Source: Arcticibacterium sp.
GTDB lineage: Bacteria; Bacteroidota; Bacteroidia; Cytophagales; Spirosomataceae
Assembly: GCA_047623945.1 (NCBI GenBank)
Contig: JBLHOT010000012.1
Span: forward strand, 2,062-66,061
Length of the DNA stretch: 64,000 nucleotides
Direction of reading: 5' to 3'
Below, in pieces: positions 9,079 to 17,901 of the stretch. The notes below the pieces were generated by a model. The model ran no database searches. It was not told where the DNA came from and saw only the letters and a program-made list of their open reading frames with translations. How positions within the stretch are numbered: the stretch's first letter is position 1; each line of letters starts with the position of its first letter. The translations under genes were made by a program, and so were the position numbers.

Positions 9079-9510
9079 TTGAAAAAACTACTCTTCGTTG
9101 TTCTACTTCTTTCGGCTTGCAGTTCTGGAGATAATCCAGAACCCGATGTTATATTTACTGATGTGGTGTCTACTAAAACCACCTCTACAAACTTAGTGGT
9201 TAGCGGTGTATTTGAGGATGGAGCTCACTCAACCACCGGTGAGGTAAAAGTAGAAAATGTGCCTGGTGGGGAAAGAAAACTTATCATCACCAATTTAAAA
9301 AGCACCTTAAACGATAATAAGCTAAGAATATGGTTATCTGAGGACCTGAAAGGAACAGATTATGAACTTATCTCTAAGACAGTAGTTAATGGAAATTCCA
9401 GCTATCGTTTAGATGCAAACATAAATTTAAGCAAGAAGAAATATGTCCTTATTTGGTGCAAACCAGCCGTAGTACTTTTTGGATCGACAGAACTCAAAGA
9501 GCCCTCGTAA
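9079..9510 (+). CDS. DM13 domain lipoprotein
   Basis: TTG start followed by a KKLLFVVLLLSAC lipobox. The C-terminal LRIWLSEDLKG...KKYVLIWCKPAVVLFGSTEL resembles the DM13 signature (xLxVxLS ... vvIWCxxFxVxFGxAxL), judged from memory. Confidence 0.6.
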   Translation: MKKLLFVVLLLSACSSGDNPEPDVIFTDVVSTKTTSTNLVVSGVFEDGAHSTTGEVKVENVPGGERKLIITNLKSTLNDNKLRIWLSEDLKGTDYELISKTVVNGNSSYRLDANINLSKKKYVLIWCKPAVVLFGSTELKEPS

Positions 9511-9514
9511 GTTT

Positions 9515-10774
9515 TTATTTTAACCTTACCCCTACTGCATTAGAATGCCCTTGAAGAGACTCCGCCTCCGCCATGAGTTGAACTGCCGGTCCTAATTTTT
9601 CAAGTCCCTCTTTCGTGATTTTCTGAAAAGTTATCTTCCTTACAAAACTGTCTAAAGAAACACCTGAATATGCCTTGGCAAATCCATTAGTAGGAAGCGT
9701 ATGATTTGTACCAGACGCATAATCGCCACAAGACTCTGGTGTGTAATTTCCTAAGAAAATAGAACCAGCATTGATAATCTGCTCCCCTACGGCATCAGAA
9801 TTTTCCAAAGCCAAAATAAGGTGTTCGGCGGCATACTCATTTAATAAGTCTATGCCTTCAAGCACATCAGCTACTAGAATTGCTTTAGAGTTTTCTAGAG
9901 ACTTTTCAGCAAATTCCTTACGAGGTAAATCTGTAAGCTGCTTTTTTACTTCTATTTGAGCGGCGTCCAAAAACTTCTTTGACGTAGAAACCAATATCAC
10001 TTGGCTATCTATTCCGTGTTCTGCCTGAGACAGTAAATCAGCCGCCACGAAAGAGGCATCCGCTGTATCATCTGCAAAAACTGCAACTTCCGATGGTCCT
10101 GCAGGCATGTCAATAGCAACGCCTTCCTTACTCACAAGTTGCTTTGCAGCCGTTACGTATTGGTTACCAGGGCCAAAAATCTTGGAGACTTGAGGCACAG
10201 ACTCCGTTCCATAAGCCATTGCGGCAATAGCCTGAGCTCCACCAATTCTAAAAACCTTAGTTACCCCCACTAATTTAGCGGCATATAAAATGGCCGGATG
10301 GTTACTCGGTGAGCAAAGAACCACCTCTTTGCAACCTGCTATTTTAGCAGGAATGCCAAGCATCAAAACTGTAGAAAATAAAGGTGCTGTACCTCCTGGA
10401 ATATAAATACCTACTTTCTCTATCCCCACAGATTTACGCCAACACTGTACACCTGGCATAGTTTCTATGATTTCAATCGTAGACTTTTGTGCTTCGTGAA
10501 AGGTTAATATGTTTTTATAGGCCAGTTTGATAGCCGCCTTCAAGTCATCGCTTAATGCATCTTCTGCACCATCTAGATCCTTTGGACTAAGTTCAAATTC
10601 ATTTAAAAGGATATTATCAAAAGCCAGTGCGAATTTCCTAAGAGCCTCGTCACCATACTTTTTCACCTCAGATAAAATAGGAGTCACTTTCGTTTCTATC
10701 TCACTAAAATCTGCCGTTGGTCGAGCTATCAGCTCTTTCCAGTCACTTCTAGAAGGTTTATTATAAAATTTCAT
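9515..10774 (-). CDS. hisD: Histidinol dehydrogenase
   Basis: 419 aa with hallmark HisD segments: GIYIPGGTAPLFSTVLM, IGGAQAIAAMAYGTE, IFGPGNQYVTAAK, SQAEHG and GDYASGTNHTLPT. Confidence 0.95.
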   Translation of the reverse strand: MKFYNKPSRSDWKELIARPTADFSEIETKVTPILSEVKKYGDEALRKFALAFDNILLNEFELSPKDLDGAEDALSDDLKAAIKLAYKNILTFHEAQKSTIEIIETMPGVQCWRKSVGIEKVGIYIPGGTAPLFSTVLMLGIPAKIAGCKEVVLCSPSNHPAILYAAKLVGVTKVFRIGGAQAIAAMAYGTESVPQVSKIFGPGNQYVTAAKQLVSKEGVAIDMPAGPSEVAVFADDTADASFVAADLLSQAEHGIDSQVILVSTSKKFLDAAQIEVKKQLTDLPRKEFAEKSLENSKAILVADVLEGIDLLNEYAAEHLILALENSDAVGEQIINAGSIFLGNYTPESCGDYASGTNHTLPTNGFAKAYSGVSLDSFVRKITFQKITKEGLEKLGPAVQLMAEAESLQGHSNAVGVRLK

Positions 10775-10801
10775 ATCTCGCTACACCTCAGAATCGCATG
10801 T

Positions 10802-11659
10802 TTAGAAAATCATTTTCTCTATAGGAATCACCAGAATACCCTCCGCTCCTTCGTTTCTCATCTCTTCTATATTCTCCCAGAAATCATTCTCTTTTAATAC
10901 AGAGTGAATAGAGCTCCATCCCTTTTGAGCTAAAGGTGTAATTGTAGGGCTTCGCATTCCCGGCATAACGCTAATAATCTTTTCGATTTTGTCGTTAGGA
11001 GCATTTAAGAGTACATATTTGTGTGTGTCAGCTGTTTGAACAGCATTCATTCTAAAAACTATTCTATCTAAAAGAGCCAGTTTTTTATCTGACAACCCTT
11101 TGTTGGCAATCAACACGGCTTCCGAATTGAAAATTGGCTCAACTTCTTTTAGGCCATTGCTGAGCAAGGTACCGCCCGTACTTACAATATCACAAACACC
11201 CTCTGCGAGTCCTATCCCCGGAGCTATTTCTACAGAACCGCTAATAAAGTGAATTTGAGCTTTAACATTTTTACTTTTTAAGTAATCACCTAAAATCTTA
11301 GGATATGAAGTAGCGATGCTCTTGCCCTCAAAATAATTAATATCTGTGTAGGCCACATCTCTACCCACGGCTAAAGAAAGTCTGCACTTGGAAAAACCAA
11401 GTTTCTTCACAGTATTCACATCCTTTCCATATTCCATGAGGACGTTATCCCCCACTATTCCTGCATCAGCTACGCCATCTTCAACATAGCCTGGGATATC
11501 ATCATCTCTCAAGAATAAAAACTCAGCTGGAAAGTTCTTTGACTCCGACATTAGTTTTGATTTACCTACTTCAAATTTGATTCCGCAGGCCTTGAAAAGT
11601 TTTACGGAATCGTCACTCAGTCTTCCTGACTTTTGTATGGCTATTTTAAGTTTTGACAT
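10802..11659 (-). CDS. hisG: ATP phosphoribosyltransferase, long form with C-terminal regulatory domain
   Basis: 285 aa: KIAIQKSGRLS, RDDDIPGYVEDGVADAGIVG and DIVSTGGTL, plus a C-terminal HisG_C-like region. Confidence 0.95.
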   Translation of the reverse strand: MSKLKIAIQKSGRLSDDSVKLFKACGIKFEVGKSKLMSESKNFPAEFLFLRDDDIPGYVEDGVADAGIVGDNVLMEYGKDVNTVKKLGFSKCRLSLAVGRDVAYTDINYFEGKSIATSYPKILGDYLKSKNVKAQIHFISGSVEIAPGIGLAEGVCDIVSTGGTLLSNGLKEVEPIFNSEAVLIANKGLSDKKLALLDRIVFRMNAVQTADTHKYVLLNAPNDKIEKIISVMPGMRSPTITPLAQKGWSSIHSVLKENDFWENIEEMRNEGAEGILVIPIEKMIF

Positions 11660-11687
11660 TTAGATTTCTCTTAATTTTATGGATACA

Positions 11688-11695
11688 CAAAGGTA
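11688..11695 (-). promoter_or_regulatory. Candidate -7 promoter box for hisG
   Basis: The minus strand reads TACCTTTG (TAnnTTTG), 28 nt upstream of ATG 11659. Confidence 0.35.
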
Positions 11696-12004
11696 ATTGA
11701 GTTGAATGACCTATCCCAAAGGTTTTTGAGATTGATTTGATTTAGTTTTCATTTTTATTTGAAACTTCCATATTTTAAAGTATCATTGTGGTATATACGT
11801 TTAAAACTTATTCTAACCTATGCCAATAAATAATTCAAACTATTACTCAAAATCATCTAGAAACCGTCTATTTTCTTCCAAAACCGCCACAATTATAAGT
11901 GGTTTATTAATCTTAAGTCTACTCATTATTTCCCTTGTGAAATTATAGGTATTCTTTTAATTGAGCTATTGAGATAGCTATCTTCGCATTTCAAATAAGA
12001 GTAC

Positions 12005-13261
12005 ATGGTTATAGGAATAGTAGGATTAGGAGATATGGGCATGTTATATGCCAGAATATTCGACAAAGCATCCTTTAAGGTTTTAGGCTGTGACCTACCC
12101 CAGAATTACGAAAGGTTGCTATCTGAAACCTCAGAAACTAATATCCAAGTATTAAAGGAAGGGCAGGAAGTGGCTAGCCAGGCAGATTTTCTTCTTTTTT
12201 GTGTAGAAACAGAGCATATAGGCGATGTGGTAGAAGCCCTAGCACCTTTTATTAAAGATGATGCCATAGTGGCAGGCCAAACTTCCATTAAAACTCCTGA
12301 GATAAAGGCTTTTGAGCAATACTTGAGTGCACAAGTTAATATAGCCACTATACACGCCCTTCACGGCCCTCACGTAAGCACTAAGGGTCAAACCTTAATA
12401 GCTATTCAGCATAGATGTAGCGATGAGAAGTTTGCCCAATTACTTGAGGTCTTAAACTATACGGGTTCCAATATTGAGATATTAGACTCCACTCAACAGC
12501 ATGACAAAATGATGGCTGACGTCCAAGTAGTTACTCACATTGGATTCGAAAGTATAGGGACCTCCTTTATGCACAGGGGTGTTTATCCATGGATTAACCC
12601 ATTACATGCCAGCGGTTTAGATAATTTAAAAATGCTCATGACTTTGCGTATTTTTAGCTATAAACATCATGTCTATGCGGGTATGGCATTAATGAACCCT
12701 TACGGAAAAAATCATGTAAGAGCTTACGCCAAGGCGGAGAATGAACTCTTTGGACTTATGATTTCTGAAGATGAGCAAGCTTTTAGAAAGTTAATTTACG
12801 ACTCAAAGGAAAAGGTCTTTAAAGACTACGGAGGACATTTGATGTTTAATGATGCTCTTCTGAAAGAATACGCCTTAAATGACTCTGAAGAACATTTACC
12901 TAATTCGCATTTAAGTCTTCTAGCGATGGTGGTAACTTGGGCATATTTGGGAACAAACCCCTACAACAATATGGTTTGTCAAACCCCTCCGTTTAAATTA
13001 AGAGTGGGTATGTCAGAATATCTATTTATGAATGAGTCGCTTCTTGAAGAATCTATTCATGCGGCTTTATATGATAAAACCATTAGAAAAGATGATTTAG
13101 CTTTCCATACCTCGGTGCAAGAATGGGCTCATATCGTAGAAGTAGGTGACAAAAACGGTTATGAAAGCCATTTTGAACGTACTAAAGCCTTTCTTTCTGA
13201 TAAACTGGAAGAAGGCAGAAATAAAAGTTCACGTCTTATTGAAAGATTAAATAATGGTTAA
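12005..13261 (+). CDS. Prephenate dehydrogenase, long fungal TYR1-like (NADP-type) architecture
   Basis: 418 aa. N-terminal Rossmann motif IGIVGLGDMGMLYARIF. GQTSIKTPEIKAFEQYL, HALHGPHVSTKGQTL, LRIFSYKHHVYAGMALMNP and PNSHLSLLAMVVTWAYLGTNPYNNMVCQTPPFKLRVGMSEYLF closely parallel my recollection of S. cerevisiae Tyr1. Confidence 0.75.
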   Translation: MVIGIVGLGDMGMLYARIFDKASFKVLGCDLPQNYERLLSETSETNIQVLKEGQEVASQADFLLFCVETEHIGDVVEALAPFIKDDAIVAGQTSIKTPEIKAFEQYLSAQVNIATIHALHGPHVSTKGQTLIAIQHRCSDEKFAQLLEVLNYTGSNIEILDSTQQHDKMMADVQVVTHIGFESIGTSFMHRGVYPWINPLHASGLDNLKMLMTLRIFSYKHHVYAGMALMNPYGKNHVRAYAKAENELFGLMISEDEQAFRKLIYDSKEKVFKDYGGHLMFNDALLKEYALNDSEEHLPNSHLSLLAMVVTWAYLGTNPYNNMVCQTPPFKLRVGMSEYLFMNESLLEESIHAALYDKTIRKDDLAFHTSVQEWAHIVEVGDKNGYESHFERTKAFLSDKLEEGRNKSSRLIERLNNG

Positions 13262-13802
13262 AGTAGACTTATCTAAATACAACAATTCATGGTACAAGCC
13301 AGGATCCCTGCCAAAAAGGCTTCTATGGATTATTATTGGTAGGATTTTTGTAAATACCTATTTGCCAATCCCTATAGCACTAAAAAGAGTCGTTTTAAGA
13401 TTATTTGGAGCAAGATTAGGGAAAGGTGTAGTTCTTAAACAAAAAATCAATATTAAGTATCCCTGGTTTTTAGAGATTGGGGACTTTACTTGGATTGGCG
13501 AAAAAGTTTGGATTGATAATTTGGGCCATGTTAAAATAGGTTCAAACGCTTGTCTATCACAAGGTGCTTTGTTATTAAGTGGTAATCACGATTATAAAAG
13601 CACTCATTTTGATTTAATGGTTGAAAACATAGAAATCGAAGACGGAGTCTGGATCGGTGCTCAGAGTGTCGTAACTCAGGGCGTTAAATGTGGAAGCCAT
13701 AGCGTTCTGGGAGCGGGATCTTTTTTGACTCAGAGTTTACCTGAAAATGAAATTTGGTCAGGAAATCCGGCAAGATTTCAGAGAATGAGAGAGATTTCAT
13801 GA
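13254..13802 (+). CDS. WcaF-family (colanic-acid-type) O-acetyltransferase, left-handed beta-helix
   Basis: 182 aa, the same length as E. coli WcaF, with a similar pattern (LRLFGARLGKGVVLKQKINIKYPW, GNHDY, hexapeptide repeats, SGNPA). Its ATG overlaps the upstream stop by 8 nt. Confidence 0.8.
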   Translation: MVKVDLSKYNNSWYKPGSLPKRLLWIIIGRIFVNTYLPIPIALKRVVLRLFGARLGKGVVLKQKINIKYPWFLEIGDFTWIGEKVWIDNLGHVKIGSNACLSQGALLLSGNHDYKSTHFDLMVENIEIEDGVWIGAQSVVTQGVKCGSHSVLGAGSFLTQSLPENEIWSGNPARFQRMREIS

Positions 13803-13874
13803 ACCTTAAACCATTAAATAACTTTTTTTTAGAATGCCCACGTGTCTTTTTTAGAGAGACTGTGTATTAATTAC

Positions 13875-13882
13875 TACTTTTG
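13875..13882 (+). promoter_or_regulatory. Candidate -7 promoter box
   Basis: TACTTTTG matches TAnnTTTG, 32 nt upstream of the TTG start at 13915. Confidence 0.3.
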
Positions 13883-13914
13883 ATTTTATAAAGCCTGTAA
13901 ATGAAATATAAATT

Positions 13915-15084
13915 TTGAGTTTTATTTTTGAAGATATTATTGGTGACCCTAGTGTTCAAATTTTCTTGAGCATTGTCCTATCCTTAGCGGTTACTTGGAG
14001 ATCCATTCCCGTTATTAGAAATATATGTATGCTGCGAGGCTTAATGGAAAACCCTGTTAAACGCAGCTCTCATAGTTCCCCTACACCCACTTTTGGAGGA
14101 ATTGCTATTTTTGCCGGTACTTTAATCGGTTACATGGTATGGAATTTTAAGGATGAAGGCTACCTGTTACACAAGATTTTTGCCGGTTTACTAATTCTAT
14201 TCTTTTTAGGTCTTAAAGATGATCTTTATGCTTTGGCTCCTCTAAAAAAGATTGGTTCTCAAGTCATAGCCTCTGCTTTAGTTGTTATCGGCAGCGATTT
14301 AAGAATTCATAGTTTCTTTGGTGTTTTTGGTGTTTACGAACTTCCATATTTAATAAGCGTCATATTCACAATTTTCATGTTTGTGGCTCTGATAAACTCT
14401 TTTAACCTGATAGATGGAATTGATGGCTTGTCTGGTGGCATCGGAATGATAGCCAGTAGTGGTTTTGGATGGTGGTTTTTAGTTAATGAGCATTGGTCCA
14501 TGGCCTGTTTAAGCCTTTCTTTAGCGGCTTCACTTCTAGGTTTCTTGAGATACAACTATTCCAAGGACAGTAAAATCTTCATGGGAGATACAGGTTCCCT
14601 TATTGTAGGCTATATCATTACAGTATTAGCTGTCCAATTCATTACTCTCAATCAAAGCGTAGTTTATGGAGACGGTGACTATTTTGTCAGTTCCCCCGTC
14701 TTGGCTTTATCTCTTTTAAGTGTTCCCATATTTGATACATTACGCGTTTTTGGGGTAAGAATATTAAAAGGTAAATCTCCATTTCACGCCGATAGACTAC
14801 ATCTTCATCATTTATTGGTAGATAATGGTCTAACTCACTTGGCCGCCTCAGTTATGTTGTATTGCATGACGATTGTGATGTCTGTTTTCACATATTCCTT
14901 AAAAACTTTCTTTACTAATACAGCAATGTCCGCCTATGTTATTGGTGTATTTGCTGTTTACTTAGGCATATGTCAATGGCTGGAAATTAAACGCTTTAGA
15001 AGCCATAAAACTAGACTTACACAAGATGGTTCTCCGAAAAGGAAATCAAACCTAGATTTCGAAGGCTCTATTTCTAATAACTAG
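13915..15084 (+). CDS. Polyprenyl-phosphate sugar-1-phosphate transferase, glycosyltransferase family 4 (WecA/MraY-like)
   Basis: Polytopic membrane protein with RSSHSSPTPTFGGIAIF, LGLKDDL, NLIDGIDGL and FMGDTGSL motifs. The start is TTG. No in-frame ATG precedes the first TM segment. Confidence 0.8.
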   Translation: MSFIFEDIIGDPSVQIFLSIVLSLAVTWRSIPVIRNICMLRGLMENPVKRSSHSSPTPTFGGIAIFAGTLIGYMVWNFKDEGYLLHKIFAGLLILFFLGLKDDLYALAPLKKIGSQVIASALVVIGSDLRIHSFFGVFGVYELPYLISVIFTIFMFVALINSFNLIDGIDGLSGGIGMIASSGFGWWFLVNEHWSMACLSLSLAASLLGFLRYNYSKDSKIFMGDTGSLIVGYIITVLAVQFITLNQSVVYGDGDYFVSSPVLALSLLSVPIFDTLRVFGVRILKGKSPFHADRLHLHHLLVDNGLTHLAASVMLYCMTIVMSVFTYSLKTFFTNTAMSAYVIGVFAVYLGICQWLEIKRFRSHKTRLTQDGSPKRKSNLDFEGSISNN

Positions 15085-15091
15085 AAATAGA

Positions 15092-15120
15092 AAAGCCACC
15101 TCAATATTTGACGTGGCCTT
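15092..15120. terminator. Hairpin between convergent genes (possible bidirectional terminator)
   Basis: aaagccacctc (15092..15102) pairs with gacgtggcctt (15110..15120), 9 of 11 bp, with a 7-nt loop. It is followed by acttttaattt. Confidence 0.45.
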
Positions 15121-15173
15121 ACTTTTAATTTCTTCCCTTAATGTATTTTATGGCCTTGCTGCCTATTATAGTT

Positions 15174-16703
15174 CTATTCCCACTCGATAGTGGCTGGTGG
15201 TTTTGAACTAATGTCGTAAACTACTCTATTTACGCCTTTTACTTTATTTATTATTTTGTTAGACACGTCTGCCAGAAAACTATAGGGCAAATGAGCCCAA
15301 TCTGCCGTCATACCGTCTACACTCGTTACTGCTCTAAGTGACACCACGCTTTCATACGTTCGCTCATCTCCCATAACTCCCACACTTTGAACAGGCAAGA
15401 GCATAGCACCAGCCTGCCAAACATCATCATAAAGTCCTGAATCCTTCAACCCTTGGATAAAATGATAATCCACCTCTTGAAGAATCCTAACCTTTTCCTT
15501 TGTAACGTCTCCTAATATTCTAATACCAAGACCTGGACCCGGGAAAGGATGCCTTGCTAGAATATGAGTTGGCATTTCCATAGATCGGCCTACTTCTCTC
15601 ACGCCATCTTTAAACAGTAATTTAAGCGGCTCCACTATTTTGAGTTTCATGTAATCTGGAAGGCCTCCCACATTATGATGCGACTTAATTGTAGCCGAAG
15701 GGCCTTTTACAGAAACAGATTCTATAATATCTGGATAAATAGTGCCCTGAGCCAGCCATTTAACGTCTTGAATTTGATGCGACTCATCATCAAAAACATC
15801 AATAAAAGTTTTTCCAATGGCCTTTCTTTTAGCCTCCGGGTCTGATAAACCTTTCAGGGCATCGTAAAATCTATCTTTAGCGTTTACACCTTTTACATTT
15901 AAGCCAAGGCCCTTGTAAGACTCTAATACTTCTTCAAACTCATTCTTGCGAAGCAATCCATTATCTACAAAAATGCAGTACAAATTCTTCCCAATGGCCT
16001 TATGGATTAGCATAGCTGCCACAGAGGAGTCTACTCCTCCAGAAAGGCCCAAAACTACTTTATCATCTCCCAACTGTTTTTTTAACTCAGCCACGGTACT
16101 GTCCACAAAAGAATCCGAGGTCCAAGTTTGATTACAACCACAAATACCGACAACAAAATTCTCTAACAAAACTTTGCCATGCTCTGTATGAGTAACTTCA
16201 GGATGAAATTGAATGGCGTATATTTCTTCTTTATCAAACTGAAAAGCAGCCACAGCTACAGATTCTGTAGATGCTATCACTCGAGCGTCATTTGGCAATT
16301 TGGTAATAGTATCACCATGCGACATCCAAACCTGTGAGTCCTTAGGAATACCTGCAAATAGTCTATTGTCAGACTCTATGGTACCTAGAATGGCTCTTCC
16401 ATACTCACGGGTAGTAGAAGCTTCCACATTACCTCCCCTCTCCTCTGCCAGCAACTGAGCACCGTAACAAACGCCTAAAACAGGCACTTTAGAGCTAATA
16501 GAATCTAGATCTATCCTAGGAGAATCAGACTCTCTAACGGAGCAGGGACTTCCAGAGAGAATAACACCTTTTACAGTTTTATCAAGCTCTGGAATATGAT
16601 TATAAGGGTGTATTTCACAGTAAACATTATGTTCCCTAACTCTTCTGGCAATAAGTTGTGTTACCTGAGAACCAAAATCTATTATTATTATTTTTTCCTC
16701 CAT
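15174..16703 (-). CDS. guaA: GMP synthase (glutamine-hydrolysing)
   Basis: 509 aa with GATase ([12 protein letters not shown]), the PP-loop SGGVDSS and the C-terminal dimerisation end PPATIEWE. Confidence 0.95.
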   Translation of the reverse strand: MEEKIIIIDFGSQVTQLIARRVREHNVYCEIHPYNHIPELDKTVKGVILSGSPCSVRESDSPRIDLDSISSKVPVLGVCYGAQLLAEERGGNVEASTTREYGRAILGTIESDNRLFAGIPKDSQVWMSHGDTITKLPNDARVIASTESVAVAAFQFDKEEIYAIQFHPEVTHTEHGKVLLENFVVGICGCNQTWTSDSFVDSTVAELKKQLGDDKVVLGLSGGVDSSVAAMLIHKAIGKNLYCIFVDNGLLRKNEFEEVLESYKGLGLNVKGVNAKDRFYDALKGLSDPEAKRKAIGKTFIDVFDDESHQIQDVKWLAQGTIYPDIIESVSVKGPSATIKSHHNVGGLPDYMKLKIVEPLKLLFKDGVREVGRSMEMPTHILARHPFPGPGLGIRILGDVTKEKVRILQEVDYHFIQGLKDSGLYDDVWQAGAMLLPVQSVGVMGDERTYESVVSLRAVTSVDGMTADWAHLPYSFLADVSNKIINKVKGVNRVVYDISSKPPATIEWE

Positions 16704-17893
16704 TATTCAAAATCGGGGTATAAAAGGTACTTCTTTCTGAGCAATTTAAATTGTTGTAGATCTTCTTGCCATTTGGCTTCTACTTCTTGATAGGACTTCC
16801 CTGCCTTTAAATCTTCTTTGATCCAGGCATTTCCCGCTAGCAAATTAAAAAAGCGTTCGTTTGTAAAAAAAGCCTTTTTGTTTTTAAAGTTTTTATAAAA
16901 TTCAAAGAGGTAACTCAGGTCAAAACCCATGTTCAACACATCCACTTTTGTCAGGTCTTCGCCGTAGCACGTCACTCCTTCATTTACAGGATTCTGTGCT
17001 CCAGGCTTACTTTCTGGCACAAAAACATAGGTCCCAAGATCTTTATCAGGCCCCCCTATCACTTGAAATTGTGTATCTGTTCCTCTCCCTACACTAATCT
17101 GAGTTGGCTCAAAAAGGCAGATAGAAGGATAAAGTAAAATTGACTGCAAATTTGGTAGGTTGGGAGAAGGCTTAATGGGCAAGCTATAGCTACTATGATG
17201 CGTATAGCTTTCACAAGGTATCACCGTAAGATCTGCCAGGTTATCATTTGACCAAGCCTCACCATTAATCATTGTTGCCAGTTCACCAATAGTTAAGCCA
17301 TAGACAACGGGCAATGGATTCATCCCTACAAATGATTCAAAACCAGGTTCCAGAACTGGGCCAGCTACCAAGTGTCCATTTGGGTTAGGTCTGTCTAAAA
17401 CAATTACAGGAATATTTCTTTCTGCAGCCGCCTCAATAATCAAATGAAGCGTGCTTATATAGGTGTAAAACCTTACACCAACATCCTGAATGTCAAAAAC
17501 TAAAATGTCAAACTCAGCTAGTTGTTCATTAGTCGGTTTTTTATTCTTGCCATAGAGTGAAACAATTGGAATACCGGTTTTACTATCTTTAGAGTTATCT
17601 ATGTGAGCCCCTGCGTCCGCTTCTCCTCTAAAACCATGTTCAGGAGCGAAAATGGTTCTAATGTCAATGTTACGACTCAGAAGTGTATCTAGTAAGTGTG
17701 AGTTACCCACTACAGAAGTATGATTTACTACGAGACCCACTCTTTTATCTTCCAAAAGTGGGAGGTATTTATGCATCGCTTCTGCACCTACTTTTATTTT
17801 TTCGGGCGTATTTGAAGAGTTTGCCTTAGATTTGCAGTTAATAGCTGAAAAGCAAAAAAACAAAACTAAAAGACGGGCTATTTTTTTGTCCAT
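16703..17893 (-). CDS. DUF1343 family protein (NamZ-like exo-beta-N-acetylmuramidase), lipoprotein/secreted
   Basis: Signal peptide [38 protein letters not shown] and [18 protein letters not shown] are typical of DUF1343. Its stop overlaps the guaA ATG by 1 nt (TAATG). Confidence 0.8.
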   Translation of the reverse strand: MDKKIARLLVLFFCFSAINCKSKANSSNTPEKIKVGAEAMHKYLPLLEDKRVGLVVNHTSVVGNSHLLDTLLSRNIDIRTIFAPEHGFRGEADAGAHIDNSKDSKTGIPIVSLYGKNKKPTNEQLAEFDILVFDIQDVGVRFYTYISTLHLIIEAAAERNIPVIVLDRPNPNGHLVAGPVLEPGFESFVGMNPLPVVYGLTIGELATMINGEAWSNDNLADLTVIPCESYTHHSSYSLPIKPSPNLPNLQSILLYPSICLFEPTQISVGRGTDTQFQVIGGPDKDLGTYVFVPESKPGAQNPVNEGVTCYGEDLTKVDVLNMGFDLSYLFEFYKNFKNKKAFFTNERFFNLLAGNAWIKEDLKAGKSYQEVEAKWQEDLQQFKLLRKKYLLYPDFE

Positions 17894-17901
17894 TTTAATT
17901 G

